Assembly (NCBI GenBank): GCA_958296135.2
Contig: CATQHZ020000001.1
Span: 992,001 to 1,056,000, forward strand
Length of the DNA stretch: 64,000 bases
Source: an uncultured Poribacteria bacterium
GTDB lineage: Bacteria; Poribacteria; WGA-4E; WGA-3G
Direction of reading: 5' to 3'
Of the stretch, positions 49,648 to 59,358 are shown piece after piece (positions within the stretch are counted from its first letter, which is position 1; the number at the start of each line of letters is the position of its first letter). Both the position numbers and the translations under genes were made by a program. The notes below the pieces were generated by a model that was not told the DNA's origin, made no database searches, and saw only the letters and a list, made by a program, of their open reading frames with translations.

Positions 49648-49775
49648 GTGCCATGCCGGATTGCGATACGATATGCGATAGACTGTGGCATGGCGAGGGG
49701 GAACCCTCGGCGATTAGTCATCGCCGGGGCCCTCGCCCTACGGTTGGTTTGTGGGGTTCGCCCCAAATCGGCGCG

Positions 49776-50795
49776 CTATTTGAGAAGCGAATAAATGAAA
49801 GACGCGATAGCGATGCAGCACGAGCCGATGATCCCGCCAATCTTTAGCCGTTCTTTTGTCTCAGAACGCCGGTCCTGCATATTCTCAAGGAAGGCATCAA
49901 ACTTAGTCTCCTGCTTATCGAGTTTGCCGGAGAGTTTGAGATCTACTGCGTGCAAGTCGCCTTCCAACTTGGTGACTCCCACCCGTATTTTGTGCCTGTC
50001 GTCTTTGGCTTTCTCCAGCGTCATCCGGATGTCCTTCGCGTCGTATTCAATGTTACTGATGCGAGCGTCCGTCGCGGTATCGCGCTCCTTCTGCCGAGCC
50101 TCGGTGTTTTTCAACCAAGCCATGAATTCGGTATCGCGCTGTTTCTGCCGTGCCTCTTGTGCGGCATCGCGTTTGTCTTGGCGTGCCTCGACGCTTTGCA
50201 TCCAAGCGGTTTGCGCGGCATCGCGTTCGTTCTGCCGAGTTTCAAAGCCTTGCATCCAGGCTTGCATTTCGGCAGCGTGCGCCGCCTGCCATTCGTTCTG
50301 CTGAACCTCGACGCTTTGCATCCAAGCGGTTTGCGCGGTATCGCGTTCGTCTTGTCGCGCTTCTATGCCCTGCATCCAAGCGGTTTGTGCGGCATCGCGT
50401 TCGTCTTGGCGTGCCTCGACGCTTTGCATCCAAGCGGTTTGCGCGGTATCGCGTTCGTCTTGTCGCGCTTCAAAGCCTTGCATCCAGGCTTGCATTTCGG
50501 TCTGGCGTTCCTGCTGCCAAGCGTCGCGTGCGGCGTTATGCTCTTTCACCCACGCTTGGAATTCGGCTTCACGTGCCTGTTGCCAAGCGGCTTGTGCAGC
50601 CTCGCGCTCTCGCTGTTGCGCCTCGATGTTTTGCATCCAGCCCCTGAGTTCAGTATCGCGCGCCTGCTGCTCCGCTGCGCGTGCGGCATCGCGCGCCTGC
50701 TGCTCCGCTGCGCGTGCAGCCTCACGCTCCTGCCGCTGAATCTCCATCTCTTCAAGCTTTTGCAAGATGAGTTCGTTTCCACTATTCATGTTCAT
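49776..50795 (-). CDS. tandem-repeat coiled-coil protein with C-terminal TM anchor
   Basis: 11-aa and 18-aa repeats (AWMQSVEARQDERDAAQT); C-terminal IGGIIGSCCIAIASFIYSLL; RBS AGGAGG. Confidence 0.8.
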   Translation of the reverse strand: MNMNSGNELILQKLEEMEIQRQEREAARAAEQQARDAARAAEQQARDTELRGWMQNIEAQQREREAAQAAWQQAREAEFQAWVKEHNAARDAWQQERQTEMQAWMQGFEARQDERDTAQTAWMQSVEARQDERDAAQTAWMQGIEARQDERDTAQTAWMQSVEVQQNEWQAAHAAEMQAWMQGFETRQNERDAAQTAWMQSVEARQDKRDAAQEARQKQRDTEFMAWLKNTEARQKERDTATDARISNIEYDAKDIRMTLEKAKDDRHKIRVGVTKLEGDLHAVDLKLSGKLDKQETKFDAFLENMQDRRSETKERLKIGGIIGSCCIAIASFIYSLLK

Positions 50796-50822
50796 AACCT
50801 CCTATTAATTTGTATGAAAATA

Positions 50823-50851
50823 ATTATACACTAAATTTTAACAGATGTCAA
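50823..50851 (-). promoter_or_regulatory. consensus sigma70 promoter
   Basis: Minus strand TTGACA-N17-TATAAT. Confidence 0.75.
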
Positions 50852-50963
50852 GGTATTTTTTGTTTTCATGGAATCCGGTAAGTCCACGGTTCTGCCAAAG
50901 TGAAACGGGTTCACGAGGGACAGGTTTTCCCTCGCTCGCGCTACGGTTCGGTGGCGGGTTGCG

Positions 50964-52913
50964 TTAGAACAAGAACCGATACATCGGCCGGTCCAACGTA
51001 ATCCCAATGAGGCTCCACACGCTACCGACGATGAACTCACCCAAGATTAAGCCGAGAAACAGCGGGATGAGTTTCCGATGCGTGCTCACACCGCCGTGAC
51101 GCAGGATAATCCACTTCAGTGCTGAACTGACGAAGATTGAAAACCAGAACACATTCATCGACCAGCTGCTTGAAATCGCGAAGCCTGCCGGGTGGAACGG
51201 CCACCAAAACAGTTGCATCCGCATCACCATCAGGAGGCATGTGATGGCAAACCCGATGCACATCGCGATAATCGCTGGGACATCGGGTGACTTCGGCGAG
51301 ACGAGCCAGCTCTGCAGCCGATTAAACGGCCGCCCTGCAAACCAATCCCGTGCGCCTTCAATATAGGAGATGTGATAGAACGCCCAGAACGAGGCGAACG
51401 TGCCGATGACAATCGCGATGCACATCGCTATCAGCAAGCGTCTGTTGGAAATCCCGGTCCGCTCTGCTAATTTAAACCCCTCCAAGATGTGCGGCATCGG
51501 ATGCCCGCGGTAGGCGCGGTTGAAAAAGAAGAGGTAGGCGAACGTCGTCAGATTCTGCGGGCCGAGGAGGCGCGTGCCGAAAATGCGCGGCATCATTTCA
51601 TCGGGCCCGATGAAATGCAAATCGTGGACAGGGGAACCGAGCTCGGCGCGCATCCGCGTCACCGCTGTTGAAATCGCATAGTAAATCCCGAAGAACACCA
51701 GAATCACCCACATCGACATCCCCGCTATTTTACAGAAAGTGACGATAAAGAGGAGGCTCGCGAGCAGCCCTAGCACGGTGACGCGATAGGACATCGGCTC
51801 ATCTGAGTCGTCAGCGCGCTTGTCATTGCTAAAGATTTTCCTGCCTACCTGCGCGAGGTGTTTGCGCGTTGCGATGATGGCGATGACGAACAGGCCGAGA
51901 TACGCGCCGAAGGACTGCTCATCGGTGAATGGGAAGTTCGGCATGCCGCGCACGCCTAACGCGTCCCCGAAGACGCGTTCTACCTTCCAAAACAGATAGA
52001 AAAACCAGCACGAAAACGACAGATCCAACGGAATAAAAAACGCGATACCGACAGCGAACGGAAACACGGCGATGGGTGTCCACCCTATCGCGCTCCACGG
52101 TTTCTGTGTGAAAAAGGGACGTAAATCGTAAAGTCTGCCGCCCAAACTCGGCACGGTGGGATAGAGGTGATGGAGTCCATTCAGGATATCGATTGCTCCG
52201 GCTATCCCGAACCCTAACCACATCATCTTGTTTGTCAACAGGTTGGTGCGGCTTTGGCCGGTTAGTTCCAACGGCAGTTGGATGATGGGGTAACTCAGTT
52301 TCTCATGTTCTGTCCACTGCTTTCGGACGAGGCTATTGATGCACACCATGAGGAACACCATCGCGCACAGAAATCCGCCCCACGCCACCGTTGTTGTCAG
52401 CCACCCTTCCACGACTTCCCATCGGTAAAAGGTTGTCTCGCCGCGGTAGTATTCTGTCAGGAAGGCGCGTTCCTTCACCGCCATCCAATCTGGGATGTAC
52501 CGATGGAACAAGTCTGCCCAGTCGTTTTCGGGTGTTGCGTACCAGAAGGCATACGGAATCATCGGGATTAAGACGCGCAGCACGTCATGTCCCGCCAACG
52601 AAGAGGCAATCGCCAACATGACATAGATAGTCAGCAATTCCCCTTGCCTGAGCCCGTAGGAGAACTCTCCCGTTCTCGATGCCTTTCCATTGTAGGCGCG
52701 TCCTCCTAGTCGCGATACCCCCCTCAACACCAAATTCGCGCCTGTCAACACAAAGACGCAGAAAATAACGTTAAAATAGAGTGAAACGGTTGTCGGGAAT
52801 CCTTGTCCTGCCGAATCCAGAATCCAATAGACGTTTGGGATAATGAGGACGGTGCCGATGAGGATGGCGCGCCACGTCGCACCAAAAGTTTGTTGTGAAG
52901 AAGTTTTTCTCAA
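50964..52913 (-). CDS. DUF6785/DUF6784-like polytopic membrane protein (OPT-related)
   Basis: GELLTIYVML, RKQWTEHEKLSYPIIQLP, RMRAELG, WWPFHPAG, GLILGE; start uncertain. Confidence 0.75.
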   Translation of the reverse strand: MRKTSSQQTFGATWRAILIGTVLIIPNVYWILDSAGQGFPTTVSLYFNVIFCVFVLTGANLVLRGVSRLGGRAYNGKASRTGEFSYGLRQGELLTIYVMLAIASSLAGHDVLRVLIPMIPYAFWYATPENDWADLFHRYIPDWMAVKERAFLTEYYRGETTFYRWEVVEGWLTTTVAWGGFLCAMVFLMVCINSLVRKQWTEHEKLSYPIIQLPLELTGQSRTNLLTNKMMWLGFGIAGAIDILNGLHHLYPTVPSLGGRLYDLRPFFTQKPWSAIGWTPIAVFPFAVGIAFFIPLDLSFSCWFFYLFWKVERVFGDALGVRGMPNFPFTDEQSFGAYLGLFVIAIIATRKHLAQVGRKIFSNDKRADDSDEPMSYRVTVLGLLASLLFIVTFCKIAGMSMWVILVFFGIYYAISTAVTRMRAELGSPVHDLHFIGPDEMMPRIFGTRLLGPQNLTTFAYLFFFNRAYRGHPMPHILEGFKLAERTGISNRRLLIAMCIAIVIGTFASFWAFYHISYIEGARDWFAGRPFNRLQSWLVSPKSPDVPAIIAMCIGFAITCLLMVMRMQLFWWPFHPAGFAISSSWSMNVFWFSIFVSSALKWIILRHGGVSTHRKLIPLFLGLILGEFIVGSVWSLIGITLDRPMYRFLF

Positions 52914-52990
52914 ATTTTCAGGTTCCTGTTCGATGATATTAAAGGGCCCGCTAGTCCTGCGCGGGCATTGGGGCATTGCGAGGGAAACCG

Positions 52991-55900
52991 TTATACGGGC
53001 TCAATGGCTTGCATGACGCGCAACGTCTCCGCTACCGACGCTAGCACCTGACGATACTGACGGATATCCGCATGCGTCAACGCCTCACCCCGCCGGTCGC
53101 GCAGCCACTTTTCGCAGACTTGATACGAACCTATCTCAAATGCCCACACCGCCGATGGCACCTCCGAGAAAGACTGCGTCTGATTTATCCAGACGCGCCC
53201 CTCGCGGTATTGCACGCGGGCGACAACGCTGTCGCCTTCTCCCTCAAATCGGGAAGTTGTACTTGGGTGCTCGCGCCTACCGAGGTGCGCGTCGATTAAG
53301 ATGTGCCCGAGCCCCGCGAGTTTTTGGAACTGCGTCATATCTGTCGGCAAGGGGATGCGCGGGAAGTCGTATCTCAGGAATTCTGCATACCGTTCGCGAT
53401 AAGCCGGACTGTGCAAAACGGCGTAGATATAGGCGAGGATGTCCTCCGGGGAAATTCCTTCGGGGAGTCCAAATTGTGCTGTCCGCGGCACGCCGAGTTT
53501 CTCGGCGAGAGTCTTGAGAAAGGCAGGCGTTAAATTGAGTGCCCGTTCTCTCGCCAATTCCAACTCTTCTGGATGTGGATAAAGATAGAGCGGGAACACG
53601 TGACTTGCTGTTTCGCTTTTATTGGAGACACAACTCTTTTCGGCGATACAGTCGGTTATCAACACGTGTTGCCACACGGGGCTCTTGACACCATGACAGA
53701 CACAAAGTGCAAGGTTTTGCCCGGCGCGCAGATGATGCATCATCTTGCTGGCCGGTGTGCTGTGAAACCCGCGCGACTGTCCAGTATAGTAGGTAGAACG
53801 GGTATCAAACGGCCGGTAATATGCACGCGCAATGTACGCGTCCTTGGGAAAATAGCGGATTTCGGAGTGCTTATCCTCCGTATCGCAATGCGCGCGGAGG
53901 TCCGCTTGTGCCGAACGAACCTTCCAATCCCGACTATCTTTTTTTAATTGATATTTTAGTCGTGCCTCTGTTTCGGACAGTGACGCAAAGTCGGCTACCG
54001 TCTGCCGGACAGCTTCCTCTGTGCGATGGATGGTTAATTTATCCCGCGATGTCACGAACCCGACGGAATGTTCCAGAAAGATGTCGGACATTTCCCATCC
54101 AGCCTCATATTCTGCTTTGTGCTCAGTGCATTGCGGCACAAAGAGATAATGCGGCGAGGTAGAATGGAGTTCCTCCCACTGGGTGTTAAGGACATCTGTT
54201 GCCGAAAGCACGCGATGTTTTTCGTCACGTGTCCCCCAGACATCAGCGTAATAGATGTTGGCAGGAGCCGGATTGTGGCGTTCTTTCACACACAACAGGA
54301 TAGTTACCCCTTGTTGGATGTCAAAAACGTTTTCGTTGCTTTGCCCATCAGGAACAGTCTCAGTTTTTCTGCTATTCCCGTGTAAATTGAGAAGGTAAAT
54401 AGCATTGAAACTGTTGATTAAATTATGCCGCATCCCGCGAAAACTGGGCCCGTCAAGGAAACTGTGGCTCACAATGTAACCGATGAGCCCCTCACCGTTC
54501 TGTGCAATGCGCCACTGGGCCCATCGGATAAACTTGACATAGTCACCCTGAAGGACCTTGTAATTTTTCTCCCCGATCGGGCTTCCATCTATTTCCTTGT
54601 AATCCTCAATGAGTCTTCCGATAAAGGTGAATTCCCCATGCCTACTACGACTCGGGTTCGCGGAGTTCTCGGGATAAGGCGGATTGCCGACGATGACGAG
54701 CAGCGGCAAATCCCGTTTCACGGAGACCGCGGCGTTTGCCTCATCGGTGAGGAATTCGGCGAAGATATGCCCCTCGCGTTCGACCGGGGCCTCCAGCGTA
54801 TTCGTGAGGTAAATGTGGAGGCGTTCGGCCTCCGACGGTGTCCACCCGTGTGCTTGCAGAAAGCGGCTCAGGTTGAGATGCGCAATCGTGTAAGGCGCGA
54901 CGAGCAGCTCAAACCCGAACAGCCGCGGGACGAGTGAGGTGTTCACATAGGGGGCCCACGCCGCAGCGCCGTCTGTTTCGATGACGTGTTGGCGGATGTG
55001 GTTCAGCACGGCCATGAGGAACCCGCCGGTGCCGGTGGCCGGATCGAGGATGAGCGTGTCGTTATCGGCGAGGCCGTCTTGTTTTTTCAACGCCGTTTTG
55101 AGCAGTGCATCGACGGAGCGGACGATGTAGGAAATCACGGGTTGCGGCGTGTAGTAGACCCCTCTGTCGACGCGTCGCCTCGGGTCATAGGCGGCGAGGA
55201 ATGTTTCGTAGAAGTGGATAACCGGGTCTTCTGCGTGCGTGCGTGCGTCAAAAGCGGTGCGGAGCATATCGGTAGAGACGCTGCGTAAGAGCGTGGCGAT
55301 TTCATCTAAAATCCACGTGACGTTGCTGTTTTGCAGCCGTCGCGCCGTGATTTGTTGGAAGAGCTCAATCAGGAACGGGTTTGAGTTTGGCAGTGCGTCG
55401 GCGGCGGTGCTGCGCGAGAAGTTAGTTGCAGTCGGGAGCGTGTATCGCGCGGCGAACAGGCCGTAGGCGAGTGTTTGCGCGTACATATCGGCGAAATCGG
55501 GGGGTGTGAGCGTTGAGAGGAGTTGTTCCTGAAACGCCTTGAACATGCGGAAGAGCGTGCTTTCTTCGTCGGTGAGTGCGGTTGCGATTTGGGTGTGAAG
55601 TTCGCGCGTGCGTCGGGCGAGATGCGTTGCGAGCACCTCCGGTGTCGTGATGTTCAGTGTGCCTGCGCCGAAAAAGTGATTGAGGAGGGTTTCTAGCGTA
55701 TGCACCGGGGAATTTCGGGACAGGGAGGTCGCGCCTGCCGGGGAGCGTCGAGACCGGGAGGTCTCTCCTACTGGGGAGAGGTGCGCCGTTGCGCGCAAGT
55801 GTCCCTCGGTATAAAGGCGAAATTCAAGGAAATTGGTGAGGATAAAATTATCCAAGTTTTCGATGAAGCGCGCGTTCTGTTCACGAGCGTGTCCGGTGAG

Positions 55901-56161
55901 TGCGTCCAAGTCCGTGCCGAATTTCTCGGCTTCGATATAGCCGATAGGGAGCAGGCCGGCCATGGCGATGAAATCCGGTCTGCCGACTTCAAGTTGGCGC
56001 GGTTCATGCGTTAGCGTGATGGCATGTCCGAGGCAAGTTGCGCTTTGTTCCAAGAACGCCTTCAGGCAGGCATGGAGGGAGAGTTCCTCGGTTGCGAGCG
56101 GGCTGTCGTGCGTCTCTTGGAGTTCTCGCAGATAGGTGTGACATATTTGTTGAAAGTGCAT
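52991..56161 (-). CDS. single-chain restriction-modification enzyme (N6-adenine MTase, type ISP-like C-terminal specificity domain, no helicase)
   Basis: RPDF..YIEAE nuclease motif, FYETFLAAYDP, GVYYTP, LDPATGTGGF, GNPPY, YRPFD, DFPRIP, IGSYQVCEKWL. Confidence 0.88.
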   Translation of the reverse strand: MHFQQICHTYLRELQETHDSPLATEELSLHACLKAFLEQSATCLGHAITLTHEPRQLEVGRPDFIAMAGLLPIGYIEAEKFGTDLDALTGHAREQNARFIENLDNFILTNFLEFRLYTEGHLRATAHLSPVGETSRSRRSPAGATSLSRNSPVHTLETLLNHFFGAGTLNITTPEVLATHLARRTRELHTQIATALTDEESTLFRMFKAFQEQLLSTLTPPDFADMYAQTLAYGLFAARYTLPTATNFSRSTAADALPNSNPFLIELFQQITARRLQNSNVTWILDEIATLLRSVSTDMLRTAFDARTHAEDPVIHFYETFLAAYDPRRRVDRGVYYTPQPVISYIVRSVDALLKTALKKQDGLADNDTLILDPATGTGGFLMAVLNHIRQHVIETDGAAAWAPYVNTSLVPRLFGFELLVAPYTIAHLNLSRFLQAHGWTPSEAERLHIYLTNTLEAPVEREGHIFAEFLTDEANAAVSVKRDLPLLVIVGNPPYPENSANPSRSRHGEFTFIGRLIEDYKEIDGSPIGEKNYKVLQGDYVKFIRWAQWRIAQNGEGLIGYIVSHSFLDGPSFRGMRHNLINSFNAIYLLNLHGNSRKTETVPDGQSNENVFDIQQGVTILLCVKERHNPAPANIYYADVWGTRDEKHRVLSATDVLNTQWEELHSTSPHYLFVPQCTEHKAEYEAGWEMSDIFLEHSVGFVTSRDKLTIHRTEEAVRQTVADFASLSETEARLKYQLKKDSRDWKVRSAQADLRAHCDTEDKHSEIRYFPKDAYIARAYYRPFDTRSTYYTGQSRGFHSTPASKMMHHLRAGQNLALCVCHGVKSPVWQHVLITDCIAEKSCVSNKSETASHVFPLYLYPHPEELELARERALNLTPAFLKTLAEKLGVPRTAQFGLPEGISPEDILAYIYAVLHSPAYRERYAEFLRYDFPRIPLPTDMTQFQKLAGLGHILIDAHLGRREHPSTTSRFEGEGDSVVARVQYREGRVWINQTQSFSEVPSAVWAFEIGSYQVCEKWLRDRRGEALTHADIRQYRQVLASVAETLRVMQAIEPV

Positions 56162-56317
56162 ATTGGTTCCAGTGCTCGTGGCGCGGGGCAAACCCTCGGC
56201 AGTTAGTGACTGCCGGGCCCCCGCGAACTTTCTGCGGGCCCGACTCGGGCGCGGGACAGGTTTTCCCTCGCCCGACAGGCCGGGCCGGCGAGGACAGGAG
56301 GAGAGAGTCCTCCGTCC

Positions 56318-57235
56318 TTACGATTCCTCAGCGGATTTTTGCCGGTCGCGTTCAATTTGCAATTGCCGGTAGGCTTCTTTGAGTTGTGCGAGTGCCTCGA
56401 AAGCCTCGTCGGCTCGTGCGTCGGCTTGTTCGGCATCGGCTCGTGCTTGTTCGGCATCCGCTTCTGCCTGCAGTCGTGCGGCGGCTTCATCTCGCGCATC
56501 CGCTTCTGCGCGCTGCTGCGCCAGCGTCGCCCGTGCAGCTGCTGCCTCGGCACGCTCTGCTAGCGTCTCAAAGGCTTCAACCCGCTCGGCAGCCGCATCC
56601 ATCGGTGTCTCTAACCACCGAGATGCAACCGGATCATAGAACCCAAAGCTATCTCCGCGTAACCCCAGAGATAACCCTAGCGTCTCTGAAAACACTTTCC
56701 CATCCGCCTCAGGCCGAATCGCAACATAGCCGCTGCCAACAAGCCGAAACCCCATCAACGGAGCAGGTAAATACTTACGCTCCGGATCGTATAGGAAGTA
56801 TTCCCGGACACCCAGCACTTCAGCGTAGAGTGTCTTCTTCGCACCCAGGTCGTTTTCAAACGTGCTTTTGCTCGAAAACTCTAACACGAAATCCGGGGGT
56901 TTGCCTTCTTCCCAGATTTTGTAGATGCGCCGCTGCTTCCGGGCGACACCGAACGTCACAAACACATCCGGTGCCAGCGATTTCCGGATTTCGCCAAGGG
57001 AGTAATACATGAGCATGTTGCCAGAGACGCAGACATCGGGGATGTGCTGAAATCGTGCGTCAAGCGTCAAGAGGGAGTCAATGAGTAGGTCGCGATGCAG
57101 TTCGGTTTCAGCCATAGGTTGTCCATCCGATTCGGGATAGTCGGTATCGTCCTCACATGCCGGCTCATAAGGGCGCGGCGGCGGTGCGCCGCGGTAAGCG
57201 GGGTATATCGCTTCGGCGTGTCTATTGGTTTGCAT
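56318..57235 (-). CDS. Uma2 family endonuclease with coiled-coil tail
   Basis: YPESDGQPMAET..H, APDVFV, PDFVLEFSS, GVREYFLYDP. Confidence 0.92.
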   Translation of the reverse strand: MQTNRHAEAIYPAYRGAPPPRPYEPACEDDTDYPESDGQPMAETELHRDLLIDSLLTLDARFQHIPDVCVSGNMLMYYSLGEIRKSLAPDVFVTFGVARKQRRIYKIWEEGKPPDFVLEFSSKSTFENDLGAKKTLYAEVLGVREYFLYDPERKYLPAPLMGFRLVGSGYVAIRPEADGKVFSETLGLSLGLRGDSFGFYDPVASRWLETPMDAAAERVEAFETLAERAEAAAARATLAQQRAEADARDEAAARLQAEADAEQARADAEQADARADEAFEALAQLKEAYRQLQIERDRQKSAEES

Positions 57236-57274
57236 TGTCGTTTCTCCTTGCGCGTCGGAATAACTCTTATGTTA

Positions 57275-57303
57275 AGTATACCATCAAACAGCGCGGGTGT
57301 CAA
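57275..57303 (-). promoter_or_regulatory. sigma70 promoter of uma2
   Basis: Minus strand TTGACA-N17-TATACT. Confidence 0.7.
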
Positions 57304-57416
57304 GTTTTTCTTGCGCTTTTTTGCGAAGCGGTGTAGAATGTTTCTAGACATGCGAGATGGCGAGGGACAGGTTTGCCCTCGCTCGCGCTACGTTTATTGA
57401 TAGAGAGGACAAAACT

Positions 57417-58238
57417 ATGGATACAACATCGGCAGTTTTTACACCGGAACACAAACAGTTCGTTGAGAATAACGGCTATCTCCTGATTAAGAACGCTTTG
57501 CCCCCGGGGGTGGTGGCGGAAATCGATGCCGCCGTTGACGAGGTCTACGAGAAGGAGAAGGCCGCCGGCCGGCTTGAAACAGGCGGCAAGCTAAACCTCC
57601 GCAACTGCATCACGCACCACGAGGCGTTTCTGCAACTTCTGGACTGGGAGAAAACGGTGCCGCTTGCTTACGGCGTGCTGAATTGGAACGTCCAGATGAT
57701 TACGTCGCATCTGATTGTGCTTCCTTCCGGCGAGGAGCCGCCTGCGGCAGTGAAGAACCGCATCGGTTTGCATCGCGATGGTGGCACGTCGTATCGTGAG
57801 ATGCAGGAGCCGCACCCGCGGATTATGCTGAAAATCGCTTATGCTATCAGCGACCAGGCGGACCCGGCTTCTGGGGCGACGGTTATCGTGCCGGGCAGTA
57901 ACCGCCTCTCCGGCCGGCCGGCGACCGATCCGGATACGGGCTGGGCGCGCGGCGCGATTTCGATGAACATTGACGCTGGCGATGCGTTCCTCTTTGAGCA
58001 GCGCACGTGGCACGGCATCGGACATAACTGGTCTGGTATCCCGCGGAAGACTATCTTTATGGGATACGCTTACCGCTGGGTGAAGCCGATGGATTACATC
58101 ACGATGCCGGATGCGCTCGTTGAGCAGTGCAATCCGATTCAGAAGCAGCTCATCGGTGTCGTCAGCGATCCGCTCAGTTATTACCTGCCGCAAGACCCGG
58201 ATGTGCCGTTGAAGGCGGTGCTTGGCGCAGAAGGTTAA
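57417..58238 (+). CDS. phytanoyl-CoA dioxygenase (PhyH) family protein
   Basis: LHRD...WHG triad, GATVIVPGSN; RBS GAGG. Confidence 0.9.
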   Translation: MDTTSAVFTPEHKQFVENNGYLLIKNALPPGVVAEIDAAVDEVYEKEKAAGRLETGGKLNLRNCITHHEAFLQLLDWEKTVPLAYGVLNWNVQMITSHLIVLPSGEEPPAAVKNRIGLHRDGGTSYREMQEPHPRIMLKIAYAISDQADPASGATVIVPGSNRLSGRPATDPDTGWARGAISMNIDAGDAFLFEQRTWHGIGHNWSGIPRKTIFMGYAYRWVKPMDYITMPDALVEQCNPIQKQLIGVVSDPLSYYLPQDPDVPLKAVLGAEG

Positions 58239-58247
58239 ACGCGTTCG

Positions 58248-58275
58248 GTAGGCGCGGTTTTGAACCGTGCCTACC
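58248..58275. repeat. GTAG-REP hairpin between convergent genes
   Basis: GTAGGCGCGGTT-ttg-AACCGTGCCTAC; related copies at 47098 and ~42933. Confidence 0.7.
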
Positions 58276-58287
58276 GGGTTCGTCTAC

Positions 58288-59181
58288 TTACTTCAATTCT
58301 GCTTTGAGCGAGAGGCTATAATCGAGCAACGCGTTTGCATACGGCATATTATGGAGTCCATATCCGCTATCGCCTTTTACCATGTCGTAGTTGAGTTTGG
58401 CGTCTTGATATGCCTGCGAAGTTGTGTCGTTGGCGTTATCTAGCATGGCTTTGACTGCCTGCATTTTTGCTTCGATTTCGGCTCGATATCTCGGCAGTTT
58501 TACGTTCATGTTGTTATCGGCGGAGTCGTGGCATCCGGCGGTGCTACACACCGCTATGTCGGCGATGAACGTGTGTCCTCCGTGTTGCGCGATTGTCATC
58601 GGATCTTCTTTTGCCATGTGGCATTGGACGCACCGTTTTTTCATCGCGCGCACGTGCGGCGATGGCATCCGTTTCACGCCTGCTCCCTCGCGTCCGAGGA
58701 ACATCTCCGATTGCGATTGATGCACTGTGCCTGCCCCGGCGCAGCCGCAGTCCATTTTATGGCAGCTGACGCACAACTTTTTCGCGGGCATCACTAAGAG
58801 GTGTTCCTCTTTGCTGGCATGCGAATGACAAGAAGAGCAGGCAACCGCATTCACTGCAGTCTCTAGGTTATACGTATGCCCCGGATACACCCTGTCAACG
58901 AAGTTCTCGTATCCTGACGAATGGCAGCTCAGACAGGAACGGACGACCGGATAAGGCCCCGCGTGCAGATTGACGAGGGCTTTGGCGTGTCCTGCGTGTG
59001 TCCATTCCTGATATGCCGGTTCACTTCCGTGGCATTTGTTGCATCCTTCCGCGAACGGCGTGCTCGGCGCGGCGGTATCTATTGCTTCGTCTGCCCGAAG
59101 GTTTGCGAGCAACAAGAGCGTCAGCATGCCCATCAACAGCGATAGGCAGAAAAATAAGAGTCCCTGTTTTGGGTATTTCAT
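58288..59181 (-). CDS. multiheme c-type cytochrome
   Basis: N-terminal signal/TM; five CxxCH plus one CX4CH; C-terminal DSGYGLHN c552-like motif. Confidence 0.9.
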   Translation of the reverse strand: MKYPKQGLLFFCLSLLMGMLTLLLLANLRADEAIDTAAPSTPFAEGCNKCHGSEPAYQEWTHAGHAKALVNLHAGPYPVVRSCLSCHSSGYENFVDRVYPGHTYNLETAVNAVACSSCHSHASKEEHLLVMPAKKLCVSCHKMDCGCAGAGTVHQSQSEMFLGREGAGVKRMPSPHVRAMKKRCVQCHMAKEDPMTIAQHGGHTFIADIAVCSTAGCHDSADNNMNVKLPRYRAEIEAKMQAVKAMLDNANDTTSQAYQDAKLNYDMVKGDSGYGLHNMPYANALLDYSLSLKAELK

Positions 59182-59358
59182 TATCTCATTATCACCTCGT
59201 GAAATGTGTTGTGGATTTTATGGGTAGGGTATACGATTTTGCAAATTCTGTCAAGGGTAAACTGAATTGTTTCCAATCGTTCTAACGTTCCCATTTTCTC
59301 TTGACAAATGAACGTGAATAAGATATTTTAATTTGAGAATTGAAGGAGGAATTGCATT

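Noticed and set aside
49950-50834. Plus-strand 294-aa repeat ORF
   Set aside because: Antisense shadow of the minus-strand repeat gene, which has the promoter and RBS
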